Source: Patellaria atrata CBS 101060 (taxonomy: Eukaryota). Taken from it: 32,646 nucleotides of DNA. The notes below the pieces were generated by a model, which saw only the letters and a list, made by a program, of their open reading frames with translations, had not been told where the DNA came from and did no database searches. The position numbers and the translations under genes are program-made. The stretch spans positions 297,558 through 330,203 of the forward strand of contig MU006096.1 of the NCBI GenBank assembly GCA_010093705.1. The letters run 5' to 3'. Shown here in pieces: positions 30,731 to 32,646 of the stretch (positions are counted from its first letter, which is position 1; each line of letters opens with the position of its first letter).

Positions 30731-32012
30731 ATGATAATACGGCGATCGTTGCTGCGGCAAGGTATGCGAACTATCATCCGAATGCATGAGCATGTACAAC
30801 AAGCTAATCGTCTCACTCAAAGGCTGTCGAGCTCTTCAGTTTCGAGGTCTAACCCCCTACCGACGCTTTCTCTCCTCAGAAATAGATGGCATAAACACTA
30901 CCTCTGATTCTTTAATCGATACGCAAGTTCTCGCTTCTCGAGAAGCGGAAGAGACCGACCCTGGCCCTCGAGATACATTTGCAGCGCAGAATTATGAGAA
31001 CTTCAAGCATCAGCGTTAGTAACTTCTACCACACGCCCATAATTGCGCGTCAAGAATTAGAATTGACATTGTCCAGAACAAATGCTGGGAAAGCTTGGCT
31101 CAATCGTTGAACCACACTACCAACCACATACTCTCGTCAACAATCCCCCCAGGCCATCCGAAGTCACGCTCGAACTTCTCCTCGCATCACAAGCTCACCT
31201 AGGCCATTCGACGTCTCTATGGAATCCTGCGAACGCTCGTTATATCTTCGGTATCCGAGAAGGTGTGCACATAATATCTTTGGACGTTACGGCAGCGCAT
31301 TTGCGGAGAGCTGCGAAGGTAGTCCGCGAGGTAGCTAGACGTGGTGGTCTTATTCTTTTCGTTGGAACGCGACCGGGTCAGGACCGTTGTGTGGTCAAGG
31401 CTGCCGAACTCGCAGAAGGTTGTCATCTATTTGAAAGATGGATACCTGGGACTATTACCAATGGGCAACAAATTTTGGGCAAATGTACGATGAAGGTTGT
31501 CGACGAATTTGATCGGGAAGTCAAGGAGTTCGAGGATCAAATTGCTGATCGCCCAGTACTAAAACCGGACCTGGTCATCTGCCTCAATCCCATCGAGAAC
31601 TACATATTGCTGCACGAATGCGGTCTAAATGGTATACCTACTATCGGAATCATTGACACGGACGCGAACCCTACATGGGTCACATACCCCATTCCGGCCA
31701 ACGACGACAGGTAGGTCAAACATTTGTTTTTTCCAAGCACTTTCACTAACATCCCTGTACAGTCTCCGATGCGTCCAAGTCATTGCAGGTGTGCTCGGGC
31801 GAGCTGGAGAAGAAGGGCAGAAGTTAAGGAAGGAAGCAGCCGCTAACGGTCACATCACATTTAACCCTGCTCGAAACTTGGAAATGCCGGATAAGGAAAA
31901 GATCAAGGAGGTTGCCAGGCGAAGGACTTCAGGACTAGATTATGAGGAAGAACTTGGTATAGGAGCCGCTCTTATGCAGGAACCCAAAAGCAAAGAGGAT
32001 GAATTGGATTGA
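30731..32012 (+). CDS. MRP4: Mitochondrial small-subunit ribosomal protein uS2m; exons 30731-30761, 30823-31014, 31077-31710, 31763-32012
   Basis: S2 motifs LLASQAHLGH, YIFGIREGVHIISL, ILFVGTR, RWIPGTITN and [26 protein letters not shown]. Arg-rich presequence-like N-terminus (MIIRRSLLRQGCRAL). Confidence 0.93.
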
Positions 32013-32489
32013 TGCTGCATGACACCACTCCTTATTTTGCATCAAGTCAACAGTAATGGCATATGTAAAATACTTACGCTGTATTTGAATGATGGTGCAG
32101 CAGGTGTAGAACTATATTCTTGTAGCATATTGCAAACGATATTCAACTTTGAATAAGAACGAAAACTTATATACAAATTCAAAATTATGGAACATAAAAT
32201 CAGTAGCATCATTGATTTACATACTTTATACGCGTAGGTACACGTGTTTGGTTGTATTTTCTATGCGTTTTGTATAGCTGCAATCACGTCAGCGCCTAGT
32301 CTTTCATAGCTCCGTTTCCGATAGTAAAACACAAAATATCCGTCCGAACCTCGCAATCCGACCCTTACAAACACATAAGCAACTTCAAAAAGCATAATTC
32401 AAACAAAATTTTGAGATAGTGTGTAAGAGCAAGGAGACTGAGATCAATTGGTACTTGATCTTCCGAATTATTTGATTTAGCGGCCGGCA

Positions 32490-32595
32490 ATGGCTGTGGT
32501 GGAGAAGGCGCTGGAGGTGGAAGAGGAGAGTTTCTCGCGGACAGTGAAAGATCTCTTTGCTGGGGCCGTAGGAGGTATTGCACAGGTGATGATAG
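32490..32595 (+). CDS. First coding exon of a mitochondrial carrier (SLC25; Ymc1/carnitine-carrier-like), 3'-truncated by the window edge
   Basis: MAVVEKALEVEEESFSRTVKDLFAGAVGGIAQVMIG followed by donor GTAGGT at 32596. KDLFAGAVGGIAQV is the typical first helix preceding the PxDxxK carrier motif. Too short for the ORF track. Confidence 0.8.
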
Positions 32596-32630
32596 GTAGG
32601 TATTTGAATTATTGACTTCAATGCGGTGGA

Positions 32631-32646
32631 TTTTTTTTTTTTTTTT
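32631..32646. repeat. Poly-T run of at least 16 nt at the window end, inside the carrier gene's first intron
   Basis: Read directly; may mark a contig break. Confidence 0.9.

Noticed and set aside
32423..32480. Possible 5'-UTR intron (GTAAGA...TTTAG) of the carrier gene
   Set aside because: No convincing branch site; cannot be supported without transcripts.
1..32646. Secondary-metabolite cluster, transposon or CRISPR-like array
   Set aside because: The SDR and two MFS genes are interspersed with housekeeping genes and there is no backbone enzyme in the window. No transposase or RT motifs, terminal repeats, AT-rich RIP block or spaced repeat array was seen.

Overview
Eukaryotic DNA from a filamentous ascomycete (Pezizomycotina; Dothideomycete-like by my reading, which is an inference). 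It is gene-dense, with short GT-AG introns and CTRAC branch sites. Gene order: 3' part of a PRISE/progesterone 5-beta-reductase-like SDR (+); hypothetical protein (-); monocarboxylate-type MFS transporter (+); ARID-domain SWI/SNF subunit Swi1/Sol1 (+); second MFS transporter (-); Yvc1/TRPY1-family cation channel (+); VPS51 (-) divergent from RMI1 (+); an orphan gene or pseudogene with a textbook intron (+); RSA3 (-; its conserved last exon is missed by the ORF track); a Ras-family GTPase with a 17-nt micro-exon and no CaaX box (-); the blue-light receptor white collar-1 (-) divergent from mitochondrial ribosomal uS2m/MRP4 (+); and the first exon of a mitochondrial carrier (+). Exon boundaries were derived by hand. 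I found no tRNA, rRNA, transposon or CRISPR array. Most of the window is ordinary housekeeping sequence, and I cannot demonstrate a new biological system. The least explained part is about 20.2-22.5 kb: a stop-interrupted orphan reading frame, followed by a hairpin-rich segment with a TATA-like box and a dense TGTACG/TACGG cluster between two convergent genes, possibly a hidden ncRNA or small-ORF transcription unit. Start-overlapping uORFs on SWI1 and wc-1, and a recurring C-rich to G-rich switch at gene 3' ends, also deserve a second look.
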